This document shows positions 1 through 13,760 of a stretch of 64,000 bases of DNA, piece after piece (position 1 is the first letter of the stretch; every line of letters begins with the position of its first letter). The translations under genes were made by a program, and so were the position numbers. Source of the DNA: Octopus sinensis. Its lineage: Eukaryota. The notes under the pieces were generated by a model. It did not search any database. It had not been told where the DNA came from and saw nothing but the letters and a program-made list of their open reading frames with translations. The DNA lies in assembly GCF_006345805.1 (NCBI RefSeq), contig NW_021833238.1, positions 19,999 through 83,998 on the forward strand. The letters run 5' to 3'.

Positions 1-70
1 AGAAACAAGTATATATCTAAGCTTCGTAGTGCACTGGAGATGTTGTAAACTCACAGCAGAACAATAATAC

Positions 71-254
71 ATTTCTTTATTGCCCACAAGGGTCTAAGCA
101 TTGAAGGGACAAACAAGGACAGACAAACGGATTAAGTCGATTACATCGACCCCAGTGCGAAACTGGTACTTTATTTATCGACCCCGAAAGGATGAAAGGC
201 AAAGTCGACCTCGGCGGAATTTGAACTCAGAACGTAACGGCAGACGAAATACCT
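71..254 (-). mobile_element. tRNA-derived SINE, family A (long-tail subtype), 5'-truncated
   Basis: Reverse complement matches the family-A body seen in many copies here (GTTCTGAGTTCAAATTCCGCCGAGGTCGACTTTGCCTTTCATCC...CCCTTGTGGGCAATAAAGAAAT); the head is missing. Confidence 0.85.
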
Positions 255-257
255 ATT

Positions 258-483
258 TTGTTATTACCCACAAGGGGCTAAACATAGAGGGGACAAACAA
301 GGACAGACATAGGTATTAAGTCGATTACATCGAGCCAGCGCGTAACTGGTACTTAATTTATCAACCCCGAAAGGATGAAAGGCAAAGTTGACCTCGGTGG
401 AATTTGAACTCACAACGTATCGACAGACGAAATACCTCTAAGCATTTCGCCCGGCGCACTAACGTGTCTGCCAGCTCCCCGCC
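258..483 (-). mobile_element. tRNA-derived SINE, family A (long-tail subtype)
   Basis: Full head GGCGG.GAGCTGGCAGA..., B-box-like GTTCAAATTCC and long tail; directly abuts the previous copy. Confidence 0.88.
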
Positions 484-1420
484 ACAGTAGAACAATAATA
501 GAGCTCTTTTCGTGAGGTAATTTGTATGAAACCGCAAGGAGAATTATTCGGTATGTATATTCTTTCCATGAGAAATGCAACGGGTTATACATCATGACAG
601 CAACGTTTAGAGTTCCTGTGATGATGATAAATATTGTCTGTTCCTATTAGCAGATCATGACAGAGTGATTTTAATTTCTTTGATGATGTTAAATATTGAT
701 TGCGTCGGTTAGTAAATCACGATAGTATTTCCCTGGTAGCAGAGGAAATGAAAAAGAAACAAAATAATCCAGACCACTTAGGAATTGGATAAGCTAAGGA
801 TCAAAATTACAGTCAACATAATTACAGTGGAAATTGCTGATGGTCTTAAACGCTACTCCATCGATATAACCGTTAGTAAATATTGAGTTACTTTCAAGCA
901 TCATCAATTGAAATTTCGGTTCAATGGACATTTCCCTTATTTACAAAGATTAGCTTGTTATTGGTCGAAAGAAGACCCATTGTGAAAGCACTTTCCTTTT
1001 ATCATACTATAGCTACATTCATCTCTGTAATGAACAATTTTACAAGTGAATATTGCTTCTAATCTCAATAATAGATGTTCCAATACTCTCGGAAATGATG
1101 GAGCTAGAACTGTCCAAACAAATTTAACGGTAAATATTTGTTGATCTATACAATGGAAAAAAAAACCCAATAAGGTATAGTGTATATAGACATTTCGTAG
1201 TAGTGTGACATATTGACAGAATGGTGGCAGTTATCCAACAAGTGAATATTTTAATCTGAATATAATACAGAATGTAGGATCTTATAGTAGATAATAGATC
1301 ACAGGATGTGAAATTTTGCTGTTAACGAATGTAAAGGACATTTGGAAGCACTCTTTTGGGCTATATTTTTATGTATTTAGTTTCAAATTTACTTTATTTG
1401 CTGATAATATTTCTTTCTAA

Positions 1421-2890
1421 GGCAGCCACCTGACGGAATCATTAGCACACCAGTCAAAACGTTTAATGGTATTTCGTCCGTCTTTACGTTCTGACTTCAA
1501 ATTCTGCCGAGGTCAGTTTTACGATTCCTTCTTTCAGAATCGATAAAATAAATATTGGGTTGGCAAGAAAGTAGTTTCGGTTTTTAAGTGTAAAATAAGA
1601 GTCATTTTTTTTTCATACAAAGAAGAACTTGAATTACATATTTTCCATTTTATTCGATGCCCTTTGGCCATCTTTCTGGCAACTTTATGATTCCGCGCTC
1701 ATAGAACTTCTCGTCTTTATCAGTGCGATTATAAATCATCATCATTATTGAAAGTTTTACCATTCAAAGAATTTTGCAAACTTCGAAATAAATTGTAATC
1801 TGATGGTGCCGGGCTATATGGTGGATGTGACATCATTTCTCAACAAGCCCCAATAATTTTTCATGAGTTAGCAAAGATTTGTGTGGTCTAGCGTTGTCTT
1901 GATGGAATACGACTCCTTTACGATTTGCCAATTCTGGCCTTTTTATTTTTGTTTGCTTCCTCCAGTTTCATTAGTTGTTGACGGTAAACATCTGAATTGA
2001 TGTTTTGCTTCCTTGGAAGTAACTCAAAACACACAACACCTTAGTAATTCCACCAAACTGACAGTATGGCGTTCTTTTTTATGCAATTCAGCTTCCTATG
2101 TGGTTTATAGTGGTTCATTACGCTTGGACCATGATCGATGTCCGATTGATATTGTGGACATGCCATTTTTCAGCACCAGTGATTATTCGTTTCAAAAAAG
2201 GTCGATTTCATGGCGTTTGAGGTGCATATCGCAAATAATGATTCGTTGTGTTAAGTGAATCTCTTTCAACCTATGTGGAACCCAAATATTGAGCTTCTTA
2301 ACGAATCCAAGACATTTTAAGTGATTTTCAATTGTTGTGTGTGATACATTTAACCTCTCTGCAATCTCCCGCACAATTATATGGCAATCAGATTCAGTTA
2401 TGGCTTTGATTCGGTCATCATCAACTTCAGTAAGTCGACCAGAACGTTGGTCATTTTTTAGTGAAAAATCTCCGGAACGGAATTTTAAAAATCATTTCTG
2501 ACATGTGCGGTCTGTTAATCAATCAACACTATAAACTTCACACATCTCTTTGTGAGCCCCAGAAACTTTCTTGCCTTTACGGAAATAAAAAAAGCAAAAT
2601 ATGGCGAAAATGTTCGTGTTTGCATTTCGTGTTAAAATTGACACTGAACTAACATATGTAAACAAAATTACACGCAATTTGCTTCTAAAGTAAGCTAAAA
2701 GTAGCGGCTATCAAATGTTAAAAGGAAATCAAAATGATAACATTAACAAAAGTCATTAAAAAAAATCGTAACTCTATCTATTTGCGAAACACGAAATTAC
2801 TTGCCAACCCAATATCAGTTGAACAATGGGTTTGATGTAATTGATTTACTCCCTCCCCCGAAATTGCTAGCCTCCTACCAAAAATTGAAA
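1421..2890 (+). mobile_element. Old family-A SINE split by a mariner insertion (halves 1421-1552 and 2815-2890)
   Basis: Degenerate head and body run to ...GATAAAATAAA and resume after the mariner as TCAGTTGAACAATGGGTTTGATGTAATTGAT, matching the family continuation. Confidence 0.7.
1555..2812 (-). mobile_element. Mariner DNA transposon, full-length (~1.26 kb) but decayed
   Basis: TIRs TTGGGTTGGCAAG at both ends with TA flanks (1553-54, 2813-14). Minus-strand transposase remnants include ...FVKKLNIWVPH (ORF 2192-2374) and HPPYSP(DL)APS near 1800-1827. Confidence 0.9.
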
Positions 2891-3542
2891 CAAATGTTTC
2901 TTGTCGATGAAGAAAATATTAATTTTGTAAATTAATTTATAGCGAATTAATTTTCTCAAAGTATGATTTAAAGAACTGTGTAGAATCCGAAACGCAAATG
3001 TAATGCTGAAAGACACTGCAGTACTAATAGTTCATTGAGTTCTGAGTTCAAATCCTGCTTTGGTCACTTTTAACTTTGACGCTGATACGATAAGCATTTG
3101 TTTAGTTCCGAGAATCCCCCAAATTATGGACTTGTACTAATGCAAGAAGTTCTTATTTAGATTAGTTGAATGTGGAAGAGTGGCAGAAAGAGTAGCGTAC
3201 TGGAGTAAATCCATTTCAGAATTTTGTTCCAATCATTCATTCACGTTTTCAGTCCCGAGCATTCATTGAAGAATTCTCTTGATTCGAAAGAATGATTATT
3301 GATATAATAACTATTCAAATGTGTGGAAGAATGATTGGTTAAGGATAGTGTCTCTTATTCAGATATGTTTGTGGTGAGCCCTTCAGAGAAGTAACTATCA
3401 AGACCGTATCTTGACTGTTGATATTTACCTTTCTAAGTATGCCTTCATTTCAGATAAAACGTAGCTGAGCTCAACAAAGAAGTAACAATCTATATCCTGT
3501 AAGAGAGGAGACCAGTAGAAAAAGTAACCCACCAGTTTGTGT

Positions 3543-3734
3543 TTATTCTTTTCTACGAGGCCCGAAATTTTGGGGGAGGGGCCTGTCGATTAGATCGACC
3601 CCAGTACGTAACTGGTAATTAATTTATCGACCCCGAAAGAATGAAAGGCAAAGTTCACCTTGGCGGAATTTGAACTCAGAACGTAAAAACAGATGAAATA
3701 CCTCTCAGCATTTTGCACGGCGTGCTAACATTTC
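3543..3734 (-). mobile_element. SINE family A, short-tail subtype
   Basis: Family-A body with the alternative tail ...CCCCTCCCCCAAAATTTCGGGCC...AGAAAAGAAT. Confidence 0.85.
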
Positions 3735-3735
3735 T

Positions 3736-3966
3736 TATTTCTTTATTGCCCACAAGTGGCTAAACAGAGAGGGGACAAACAAGGACAGACAAAGGGATTA
3801 AGTCGATTACTTCGACCTCAGTGCATAACTGGTACTTATTTAATCGACCCCGAAAGGATGAAAGGTCAAGGCGACCTCGGCGAAATTTGAACTCAGAACG
3901 TAAAGATAGACGAAATACCGCTCAGCATTTTGTCCGGCGTGCTAACTTTTCTGCTAGCTCGCCGCC
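3736..3966 (-). mobile_element. SINE family A, long-tail subtype
   Basis: Complete head GGCGGCGAGCTAGCAG through the long tail; adjacent to the previous copy. Confidence 0.88.
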
Positions 3967-4794
3967 TTTATACTTTAAATATATTAAACGTGAATTTGAT
4001 AAGGAAATAATCTCTAAATTGCGCCTGTTATTTTCGGTATTTTGGATTTAAGGGAACAAGGAGGCATTCCATCTGATCATTGCCTTCACTTCAGATTGTT
4101 TTGGGTTGAGATTTATGAGGAAGTAACCTTTCATATTGTGCCTTTTCGCTTGAGATACATTAGAGATAATGTCAGTATATGTTATTTGGGAGACTTAACT
4201 GAGATTTAACCCTCTACATTTTGATCCTTCACATTAGATATTTCAGAGGTGAGTTTATCAGGGAAGTAACCTACTTCACTTTTGAAACATTCTGAAGATA
4301 TTCAGAAATGTAGACTCAGAGATGGTGTTCTTCGAGTAGCAGTACAAACGTGAGTCTATGTTTGTGCTGTAGAGTGTGTATGTGTGTGTGTGAACATAGT
4401 TACATATGGAGAACATTCAATTGCTATAATAAAAACATACGTTCTCTCTCTAACAAGAAAGATAGACTCTTTTAGAAAATATAAATGCATGCTACTTCGT
4501 TGTTTTCTCCACAACATTTTTTTTTTACTTTCAATTGTAACCCCACCACCATCACACATACACACACACTTACTTTATCCTACAGTACCTGTTGCCCTCT
4601 TATATTTCTATTTCGTAGAATTGAACTTTCGAAATGTTTTCTCATTTCTATTCAACTAACGTCAGTTCCTGTTTACATTATTTCAAGACACAAAACAACA
4701 TTTTTTATCTCGATGTCAGATCGGCCTAGATCATTCAACATCTCATACAGTAGTTCTTCTTTTTTTTGTTTTATTTTATTTTGATATATATCCT

Positions 4795-5126
4795 AAAGAC
4801 TAAAGACTCCGCCGGTTACGACGACGAGGGTCCCAGCTGATACGATCAACGGAACAGCTTGCTCGTGAAATTAACTTGCAAATGGCTGAGCATTCCACAG
4901 ACACGTGTACCCTTAACGTAGTTCTCGGGGATAATCAGCGTGACACAGAGAGTGACAAGGCTGACCCTTTGAAAATACAAGTACAACTCATTTTTGCCAG
5001 CTGAGTGGACTGGAGCAACGTGAAATAAAGTGTCTTGCTCAAGGACACAACGCGTCGCCGGGAATCGAACTCACAACCTTACGATCATGAGCCGAATGCC
5101 CTAACCACTAAGCCACGCGCCCTCAC
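4795..5126 (-). mobile_element. tRNA-derived SINE: family-C head with D-type tail
   Basis: tRNA-like head (TGGCTTAGTGG A-box, GTTCGATTCC B-box); TSD TTTGATATATAT on both sides; 3' end has short TCTTTAG repeats. Confidence 0.88.
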
Positions 5127-5528
5127 TTTGATATATATACAATAAAAACGAAGAACTGCTGCTGTAAACAACTTATTTCACCAATCAAATTAACGTGTAG
5201 GTTGCAGTACTTAAACCAGGTCATGTACGGTTAATAATCACAATGCACTTGTGACTTGAATTCAAATTATTATGAAGTATATCATGTAAATCTAACTGAT
5301 CGCCTTTTAGAAGCAGCATCTTTCCTCCATACCAGCAGCACAAACTCCATTGTATTCTTTCTTTTGTTACCTCGCAGCTTACCACTTCTCCAACATTGAC
5401 GCTGTGAGAATATTCCAGATGGAAATAACAGCTTGTGGCCATTAAATTTCATTCCTGGCATGTTCTTTCGGTATCGTTCTGTTTATCTATTTATTTGTTT
5501 CTTGCTCCGTCTGTTTGCACCGATTTGT

Positions 5529-5530
<2 letters not shown>

Positions 5531-5571
<41 letters not shown>

Positions 5572-5775
5572 ACACACACATACACTCACACACACACATA
5601 CACACATACATTTTATATATGTATGTATGTACATATATATATATATATATATATACATACACACGTACATTTTCTATATGTATGTATGTACATATATATA
5701 TATATACATACACGCATACATTTTCTATATGTATATATATATATATTATATATATACACACACACATATATATAC

Positions 5776-5817
<42 letters not shown>

Positions 5818-5852
5818 ACATATATATATATATATATATATATAGATATATA

Positions 5853-5891
<39 letters not shown>

Positions 5892-5899
5892 GCACACCC

Positions 5900-5947
<48 letters not shown>

Positions 5948-5949
5948 CC

Positions 5950-5982
<33 letters not shown>

Positions 5983-6012
5983 CATACATATATATATATA
6001 TATAATATATAC

Positions 6013-6068
<56 letters not shown>

Positions 6069-6100
6069 ATATATATGTATGTATATTTGTATGTATGTAT
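5531..6100. repeat. Compound (CA)n/(TA)n/(TATG)n microsatellite
   Basis: Directly visible; accounts for the YI/TH/VC ORFs in the track. Confidence 0.97.
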
Positions 6101-6343
6101 GGCTATAAAACCTATTGATGTATTCATCAGGCTATCTGTACATAATTTATTCTTCCAGGCGCATCTCCATTGTTTGTAAGTGCAAGTTTACATAGTCTTA
6201 TTTTCCAATATCGGTTTTAAAATATATTTTTATGTTAGCACTATTTCCAAACCAAAGTGTAATGCTTAATCCCTCCAAACAATGCGCTATGTTTCAATTA
6301 TAAAAATACACACCGTATAAAAAAGATACAGTTTCATTTACAT

Positions 6344-6968
6344 CAGAGGTACCCAAACCGGGTTCATATGGCCCCTGAGGATCTATGTAAGATTTTCGGG
6401 GGTCCACACAATAAAAGAGTAAATTCGGGGTTCACAATATTATTCTAAGGCCTCCTGTAAACATTTTGCTTTATATGTATGTATTGGTGTGGAGGCGTGT
6501 GGCTTAGTGGTTAGGGTATCAGCATCATGATCGTAAGATTGTGGTTTCGATTCCTGGACTGGGCGACGCGTTGTGTTCTTGAGCAAAACACTTCATTTCT
6601 CGTTGCGCCAGTCCACTCAGCTGGCAAAAATGAGTAACGCTGCGATGGACTGGAGTCCCGTCCAGCTGGGGAACACATACGCCATTGAAACCGGAAAACC
6701 GGGCCCATGAACCTGGCTAGGCTTTAAAAGGGCGCATTTAAAAAAAAATTATGTATGTATTGGTATGTATCGTAAGAAACAGCCTGGTTTCTTTCTCTAA
6801 CGATTTACATTGTTCAAACTATACAAGTTAATGTGTTAAGAACAAAATAAGGATTTTGAAAGAAGTTTCCTTAAAACTAGGTTTTAAACATCGAATGGCT
6901 ATAGGGGTCCGCCAGAATAATGTTGTAATCGAAGAGGTCCATTGGTAAAAAATGGTTGAAAACCCCTG
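6344..6968. mobile_element. hAT-type MITE containing a nested SINE
   Basis: Ends CAGAGGTACCCAAAC / GTTGAAAACCCCTG; 8-bp TSD ATTTACAT (6336-43) / ATCTACAT (6969-76), 7 of 8 identical. Confidence 0.75.
6489..6750 (+). mobile_element. SINE family C
   Basis: tRNA-like head GGAGGCGTGTGGCTTAGTGGTTAGGG...TTTCGATTCC, C-type tail ending AAAAGGGCGCATTTA(A)n. Confidence 0.9.
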
Positions 6969-7741
6969 ATCTACATCAACATTTAGTCATTTTAGTTATC
7001 AACTAAATGTTTATTAGGGTATTTACTGTAATTAATCCTTTTTAATGTAATCTTAGACTGATGGATTATGATTTATTCAACATTTACTAATTGAGGAACT
7101 AATACATCTTGAACACAAATCGTTTGAAATAACATAGATTCGGCTACTTATTGACATTTGAAATCCTGTTAATTATACCTGTTAATTAACAGGTATAAAT
7201 AATTAATGCTTTGTATCAATTCTCTCATATCAGTACAAATAAGATGTATTTGTACATCAATGACTGTATAATTCATAGACGTCAATAAATGAATACTGAA
7301 ACACAGTTTGATAAAGCGATAAAAGTAATGTGAACAGGAAAAGAGAGTTGATACAATAAAAGATGGCTCGCTGATAATGAAAGAGACAGGGAGCTATCGA
7401 TGTATAACACGATGACAGAACAAAGAAAAATGACAGAGTGAAAAATAATTTAGTCAAAAGTGATAAAAGTACAAGGTATTTGGCCATATTTCTAACGAAT
7501 GTAGGACAGGAAATAAATATAAAATAGTATTGTAATTTGCTTGAAGCATTGTACCAAGTAAATGATATAAGTGTTATTTTTAAATCTTTGAACGATATAG
7601 GTGAGAAATTTGATAAAATAGGTAAGGTGACATCAATAGATAAAATCAAATTGAAGGCGGCGACTGCTTGGCAACTGCTTTTAAAGGCACAGTTGGTATT
7701 CGCCAGTATGCGTAGATATGTCTATACTCTGTATTTCACAG

Positions 7742-7957
7742 GGCGGCGAGCTGGCAGAAACGTTTGCACGCCGGGCGAAATGCTAAGCGGTATTTCGTCT
7801 GTCTTTACGTTCTGAGTTCAAATTCCGCCGAGGTCGACTTTGCCTTTCATCCTTTTGGGATCGATAAATTAAGTACCAGTTGCGTAATGGGGTCGATCTA
7901 ATCGACTGGTCCCCTACCCCAAAATTTCGGGCCTTTATGACTAGAGTAGAAAAGAAT
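7742..7957 (+). mobile_element. SINE family A, short-tail subtype
   Basis: Complete head plus short tail. Confidence 0.88.
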
Positions 7958-8218
7958 AAATAAAATCAAATACAAGATATTGCATTCCCTTACATATATT
8001 GTTTAATGTTTCTATTATATTTCGGAAAAGATTCCCCTTATTAAATATAAACGGAAATAATCCATGAGTTCGAAGTATAAGTGTTATTATGGGTATATAT
8101 GTAATATATTGAATGAAATTTAAAGGAAAATAACATGGAAGGGAATAAAACCTTTTTTAGTGTTATATGAATTATCTTAACTCAAGACTAAAGTATGTTA
8201 TAAAAGAAAGTGACAGTA

Positions 8219-8625
8219 GGCGCAGGAGTGGCTGTGTGGTAAGTAGCTTGCTAACCAACCACATGGTTCCGGGTTCAGTCCCAAAGCGTGGCATCTTGGG
8301 CAAGTGTCTTCTGCTATAGCCCCGGGCCGACCAATGCCTTGTGAGTGGATTTGGTAGACGGAAACTGAAAGAAGCCTGTCGTATATATGTATATATATTT
8401 GTATGTGTGTGTGTTTGTGTGTCTGTGTTTGTCCCCCTAGCATTGCTTGACAACCGATGCTGGTGTGTTTACGTCCCCGTCACTTAGCGGTTCGACAAAA
8501 GAGACCGATAGAATAAGTACTGGGCTTACAAAGAATAAGTCCCGGGGTTGATTTGCTCGACTAAAAGGCGGTGCTCCAGCATGGCCACAGTCAAATGACT
8601 GAAACAAGTAAAAGAGTAAAAGAGT
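8219..8625 (+). mobile_element. SINE family B (full length, internal TA/TG microsatellite)
   Basis: GGCGCAGGAGTGGCTGTGTGGTAAG head, GGTTCAGTCCC B-box-like motif, tail with GAGTAAAA repeats; near-identical copies elsewhere in the window. Confidence 0.9.
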
Positions 8626-9951
8626 ATTTCATAACATGTCAGCATAGAATAAAAATAAGATCCCTTAAAAAGTGACTACATACATATGTATGTATGTATG
8701 TATGTATGGTTATAAAACCTATTGATGTATTCATCAGGTTATCTGTACATAATTTATTCTTCCAGGCGCATCTCCATTGTTTGTAAGTGCAAGTTTACAT
8801 AGTCTTATTTTCCAATATCGGTTTTAAAATATATTTTCATGTTAGCACTATTTCCAAACCAAAGTTAAATGCTTAATCCCTCCAAACAATGCGCTATGTT
8901 TCAATTATAGAAATACACACCGTATGAAAAAGATACAGTTTCATTTACATCAGTGGTACTCATTATTTTTATTTCAATTCCAAGATATTAAAAAGTTGCA
9001 AAAAACGGGAAAAAGAATTGGTGTAGTAATGAAACTGAAATGATTAAAACTTGCCTTATACAGGAAAAAAATCGCAACAAAACACCATATTGATCACTGT
9101 AATAAAATATACAATGAAATTTCTGACATTGTCACTGGAAAATGACATTTAGAGTAATTCATCCATTTTAAATCCATTCTATATCTTCGAATTAGCCTTT
9201 ATATTGTTGGCAGTTTTATGCCTTTGTAGCATAATAATTCCTTATGCCTTTGTAACACTCTCGTCCTTTTGAAGCTGATTTCTTCGTGCGATCCACACGT
9301 CATTGCATTTCTTCGTATTCACCTCCTATAAATAACCTTTATTGATATTAAAATATTTTAGAGGGTCACTCACCTTAAACCAAGGCCATCATTAATTCCC
9401 TTTCACTCGTCTATACATCGTTTGTAATCAGTAAAAATTGCCATATATTGATCCTCTCGAAGTTACACATAACCTTAATCCTATAATCAATTTCCTATAT
9501 AAGGATTGGTAATTTGCATTACTAAAATTAACACTAAAATACTTAAAGAAACGCAGTAAATTAGCTACGAAGGTCGATGATGTGTATTTGTGCCCATTCT
9601 TGAGGAAGGGGATTGAGAGAAAATGACTTGCATTTCATTAAATACCTTCAAATATTTAGCTTTTTTTGTATTCTGATTTCGAACTACACCGTAATAATTA
9701 TCTTTGGTTTGGATTTCGAAATTTACTATAATAATTATGTTTTGGTCTTTCGTTATTTATTGAATAAATTCCATTGAATTTTTGACTCCTGTATGAACGT
9801 AACATTTTAGAAACTCAGTTTATGTGCACGGTCTATATTTTCTGTTCCCCTCTTTCACTTCTTATTACATAATCTGATTGGCAACTGCTTTTAAAGGCAC
9901 AGTTGGTATTCGCCAGCATGCGTAGATATGTCTATACTCTGTATTTCACAG

Positions 9952-10182
9952 GGCGGCGAGTTGGCAGAATCGTTAGCATGTCGGGCGAAATGCTTAGCGG
10001 TATTTCGTCTGCCGTTACGTTCTGAGTTCAAATTCCGCCGAGGTCGACTTTGCCTTTCATCCTTTCGGGGTCGATAAATAAAGTACCAGTTTCGTACTGG
10101 GGTCGATGCAATCGACTTAATCCGTTTGTCTGTCCTTGTTTGTCCCCTCTATGTTTTATCCCCTTGTGGGCAATAAAGAAAT
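9952..10182 (+). mobile_element. SINE family A, long-tail subtype
   Basis: 16-bp TSD TATACTCTGTATTTCA at 9933-9948 and 10184-10199. Confidence 0.9.
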
Positions 10183-12739
10183 ATATACTCTGTATTTCAT
10201 TGAATGTAATATTTGACTTTGATTCTCAAAGAAGTTTATGAATAAATACATCAAAAAGTAAGCTACTTGATCCGAAAGGGTTATACATCATAATGGGATC
10301 TATCGAACAACAAAACTGAACCTTCAGAAATCTAATTGCGATACTAACCATGCCATCATTAATCAGATCATTTTGTTTCATCACTGCTTTCTGCCATTTG
10401 ATATTGATGAGTGTTTGCATAGGTCTTGAATCTCAGACACAATAGTTCAAACTGCTTTGTGTATATCTTGTCCTTGCAATGGTGCACTAGATCAGTAAAT
10501 ATCATTAGTTTTCACTCTTTGATCTTGATATAGAGATTGATTTTTTTTCTGTGCTGTCAGCTTGTGTGAGATTGCTAACTGGTTAACAGAGTAGCAAAAT
10601 TTCAGTCATTGTCAAAAATGTGCAACTTTTTCATTTATCCTTGCAGAGCACAAACAGAACTCATAAGAGTGTGTCAGGCTCACCGAGGTAAAAGTAATTA
10701 AAGTAGACGTATTCAGACTGGGAACTTAGAAAATGCGTAGAATGGAAGCTTCGCCCGGATATAATTCATTGAAGAAAAGAATCTATCAAACGTTCTTAGT
10801 ACAGTGTCTTGGGTTAAGTGTCGAAGAGGGACGAGGTTTTCGGTTGAAATTCAGATGTTCACTGTATATGTTGCAAAGTTTAGTGAAGATATATTTGTAG
10901 AACTCAAATAGAAGACGGAGAAATGATAAAAGAGACAATTGTTCGTATTTCGAAAGTGCAAATATGTAAAGTGAATGATAATTTTCTTCTAGACGGCCTT
11001 ATCCATATTTTTTTCACTATACTGTATAAAATTTCCATAATCTTTCTATTTCTATCACATACATTTCGTCCAATCCCAAGCTTTTTATATAAATATCAGG
11101 AAAAATTCAATTCTCCTCCATATTCTTCGTTACCGTGAATAGACATCTGCAGGCTCTTAAATTATTTTATTTTCGCTAAGTTTTTTTCTTTTTTACATTT
11201 AATACAAACCGCAAACCACTTAGCATACTTTCTTTTATCAAACATCGCTCCTTTGCTGCCAGCAATAACAAGCGTCAATTCATATACATGTTAAAAAAAG
11301 TAAATAATGAAATATCGAAACTCCTCTCTGAGTCAGGCAATTATTTAGTTTGAAAAGATAGAGTTCCTCGTTCAATGAACACTATAAAACAAGGTACAGG
11401 ATACAATCTTGGTTATAATATTATTTCCAATCTTACCGAGAAAATTATTCTGAGTGCATATAAAAATATAAATGTTATTTAAATAGCCGACTCTGTATCA
11501 GTACAAGTTTATCAAAAAAAAAAAAAAAAAAAAAAGAAAAAAAAAGAAAAGAAAAAAAAAAAGAAGCATTCTCTATTAGTATTCTTAATTTGTATAATTG
11601 AAGATGAGCGACTGCTGAATACGGACATACCTCACAGATGGAAATCGTTGATTCTATGACTGCTGATATTTATTTGAAATTGTTCTGTCGGCTACTGTCC
11701 ACAAAATCTCATAGGATTTCTGCTTGAATAAAGTCAGACTTTGATCAATGTGAGTTTTAAATCAAAGCAGACGTAGAAAAAAAATGAATAAAACCATTTT
11801 TACATTTGGAAATGCGTAATAAACTTAAAAGAAAGTACTACAATTGAACAAAAATATTAAACTGAATACACAAATGTATTTTAAACAACAGCGGTCTCTC
11901 CATTACTGAAGCAATAAATAGTCTAATATGGAACACCTAAAGGAAAATATTCATAAATCATGGATATAGTGTACAATAGAATAACTATAGATATTAGATA
12001 ACACTGTATGTATAGACAGATGTAAGTAACTTATAAACGCTTGTTGAAAATACAATATTTTCGATATATTCGTAGAAAGTAAAGGCGTTATCCGGAGCAG
12101 TTTCAGTCTACTTAGTGACAGAATACTCTCTTTTAATTAGCCACAATGACCCAGAGAGACACTGGCTATAAACTTGCTATTACTAAGGGTTAAAGTAAAC
12201 CGGTTATTGTGATTTGCATATATAAAACATTCTTGGCAGTTCGAATGATAAATTTACTGGTGTTTTAACAATGTTTTGTTTCAATGCTATACTGTATTAT
12301 AAATGTATCTATAGATTTTAAACCAATAGTATGTATAGAGTGATGGTATAAACGTCTCTTCTTTCTATATAATATCTTTGTGGACAAAAAATAAGGAATC
12401 AGCAAGCCTTATAATTTTCAAAAGAATATAGTGTAATCTATCTGTCACAAGAAGCTGTTATAAACCAGTGTTTGCAAGGAACCATACCAAATCTTTGATT
12501 ACAGATCTCTGGAAAGATTACTGAGATAGAATATGTTGTCTAATGTAATGTATTCGTTATTGTTTAATACCACAGCTCAGTTAATAGATCAACTTACTGA
12601 CTGAAGTTAGTAAAAAGGGCTATATCGATCATTACTGAATCCACTCCATCATTCCTTCATTTGATCACTAAGCAAAATATCACTGTTGGATCTTTTCCCT
12701 TATTGGATGTGAACAGGTGGCATACACTGCTGTATCACT

Positions 12740-13075
<336 letters not shown>

Positions 13076-13331
13076 GATCCAGAAATAAATTTTTTGTAAC
13101 TAAACACTTTCAAACTTCGGACACTGGTAGAATGTGTCATATAAAAGATCTTTTACTCTTTGTGTTGTTAAGAAAGGTTTATATTTTCAAAGTTATTTCG
13201 TGTTAAAATTGTATTTTAAACAAACAGCAATTGTTTCATTGCAGAAACAGAAATGAAGTGTAGGCAAGCAACAACTAATAAAATGTATTTATAGGATTTA
13301 TCAAGTATGACTCTTCACAAGTATAACAATA

Positions 13332-13760
13332 GGCGTAGGAGTGGCTGTGTGGTAAGTAGCTTGCTTAGCAACCACATGGTTCCGTGTTCAGTCCCACTGC
13401 ATGGCACCTTGAGCAAGTGTCTTCTACTATAGCCTCGCGCTGACCAAAGCCTTGTGAGTGGATTTGGTAGACGGAAACTGAAAGAAGCCCGTCGTATATA
13501 TGTATATATATATACATTTATTTGTGTGTCTATATGTTTGAATGTCTGTGTTTGTCCCCCCCCCCCCAACATCGCTTCACAACCGATGCTTGTGTGTTTA
13601 CGTCCCGTAACTTAGCGGTTCGGCGAAAGAGACCGATAGAATAAGCACTAGGCTTACAAAGAATAAGTCCTGGGGTCGATTTGATCGACTAAAAGGCGGT
13701 GCTCCAGCATGGCCACAGTCAAATGACTGAAACAAGTAAAAGAGTAAAAGAGTAAAGAGT
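13332..13760 (+). mobile_element. SINE family B
   Basis: Near-identical to 8219-8625. Confidence 0.9.

Noticed and set aside
590-740. Degenerate ~65-bp tandem repeat (ATCATGACAG...GATGATG.TAAATATTG)
   Set aside because: Only 2-3 highly diverged units with no interpretable function.
5433-6108. Long YI/TH/VC-rich ORFs (also at 24.0, 27.1, 28.7, 34.9, 36.6, 42.6, 48.6 and 62-63 kb)
   Set aside because: Translations of dinucleotide microsatellites, which lack stop codons in several frames.
6489-6575. tRNA gene calls for SINE heads (families B, C and E)
   Set aside because: A/B boxes are present, but there is no complete cloverleaf and each head continues into a SINE body with a tail or TSD.
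10647-10687. Possible 41-nt host exon (TTTATCCTTGCAG...GAG/GTAAAA); similar acceptor-like sites at 5375 and ~41905
   Set aside because: Splice-like signals only; no recognisable protein and no linked exons. RNA-seq would be needed.
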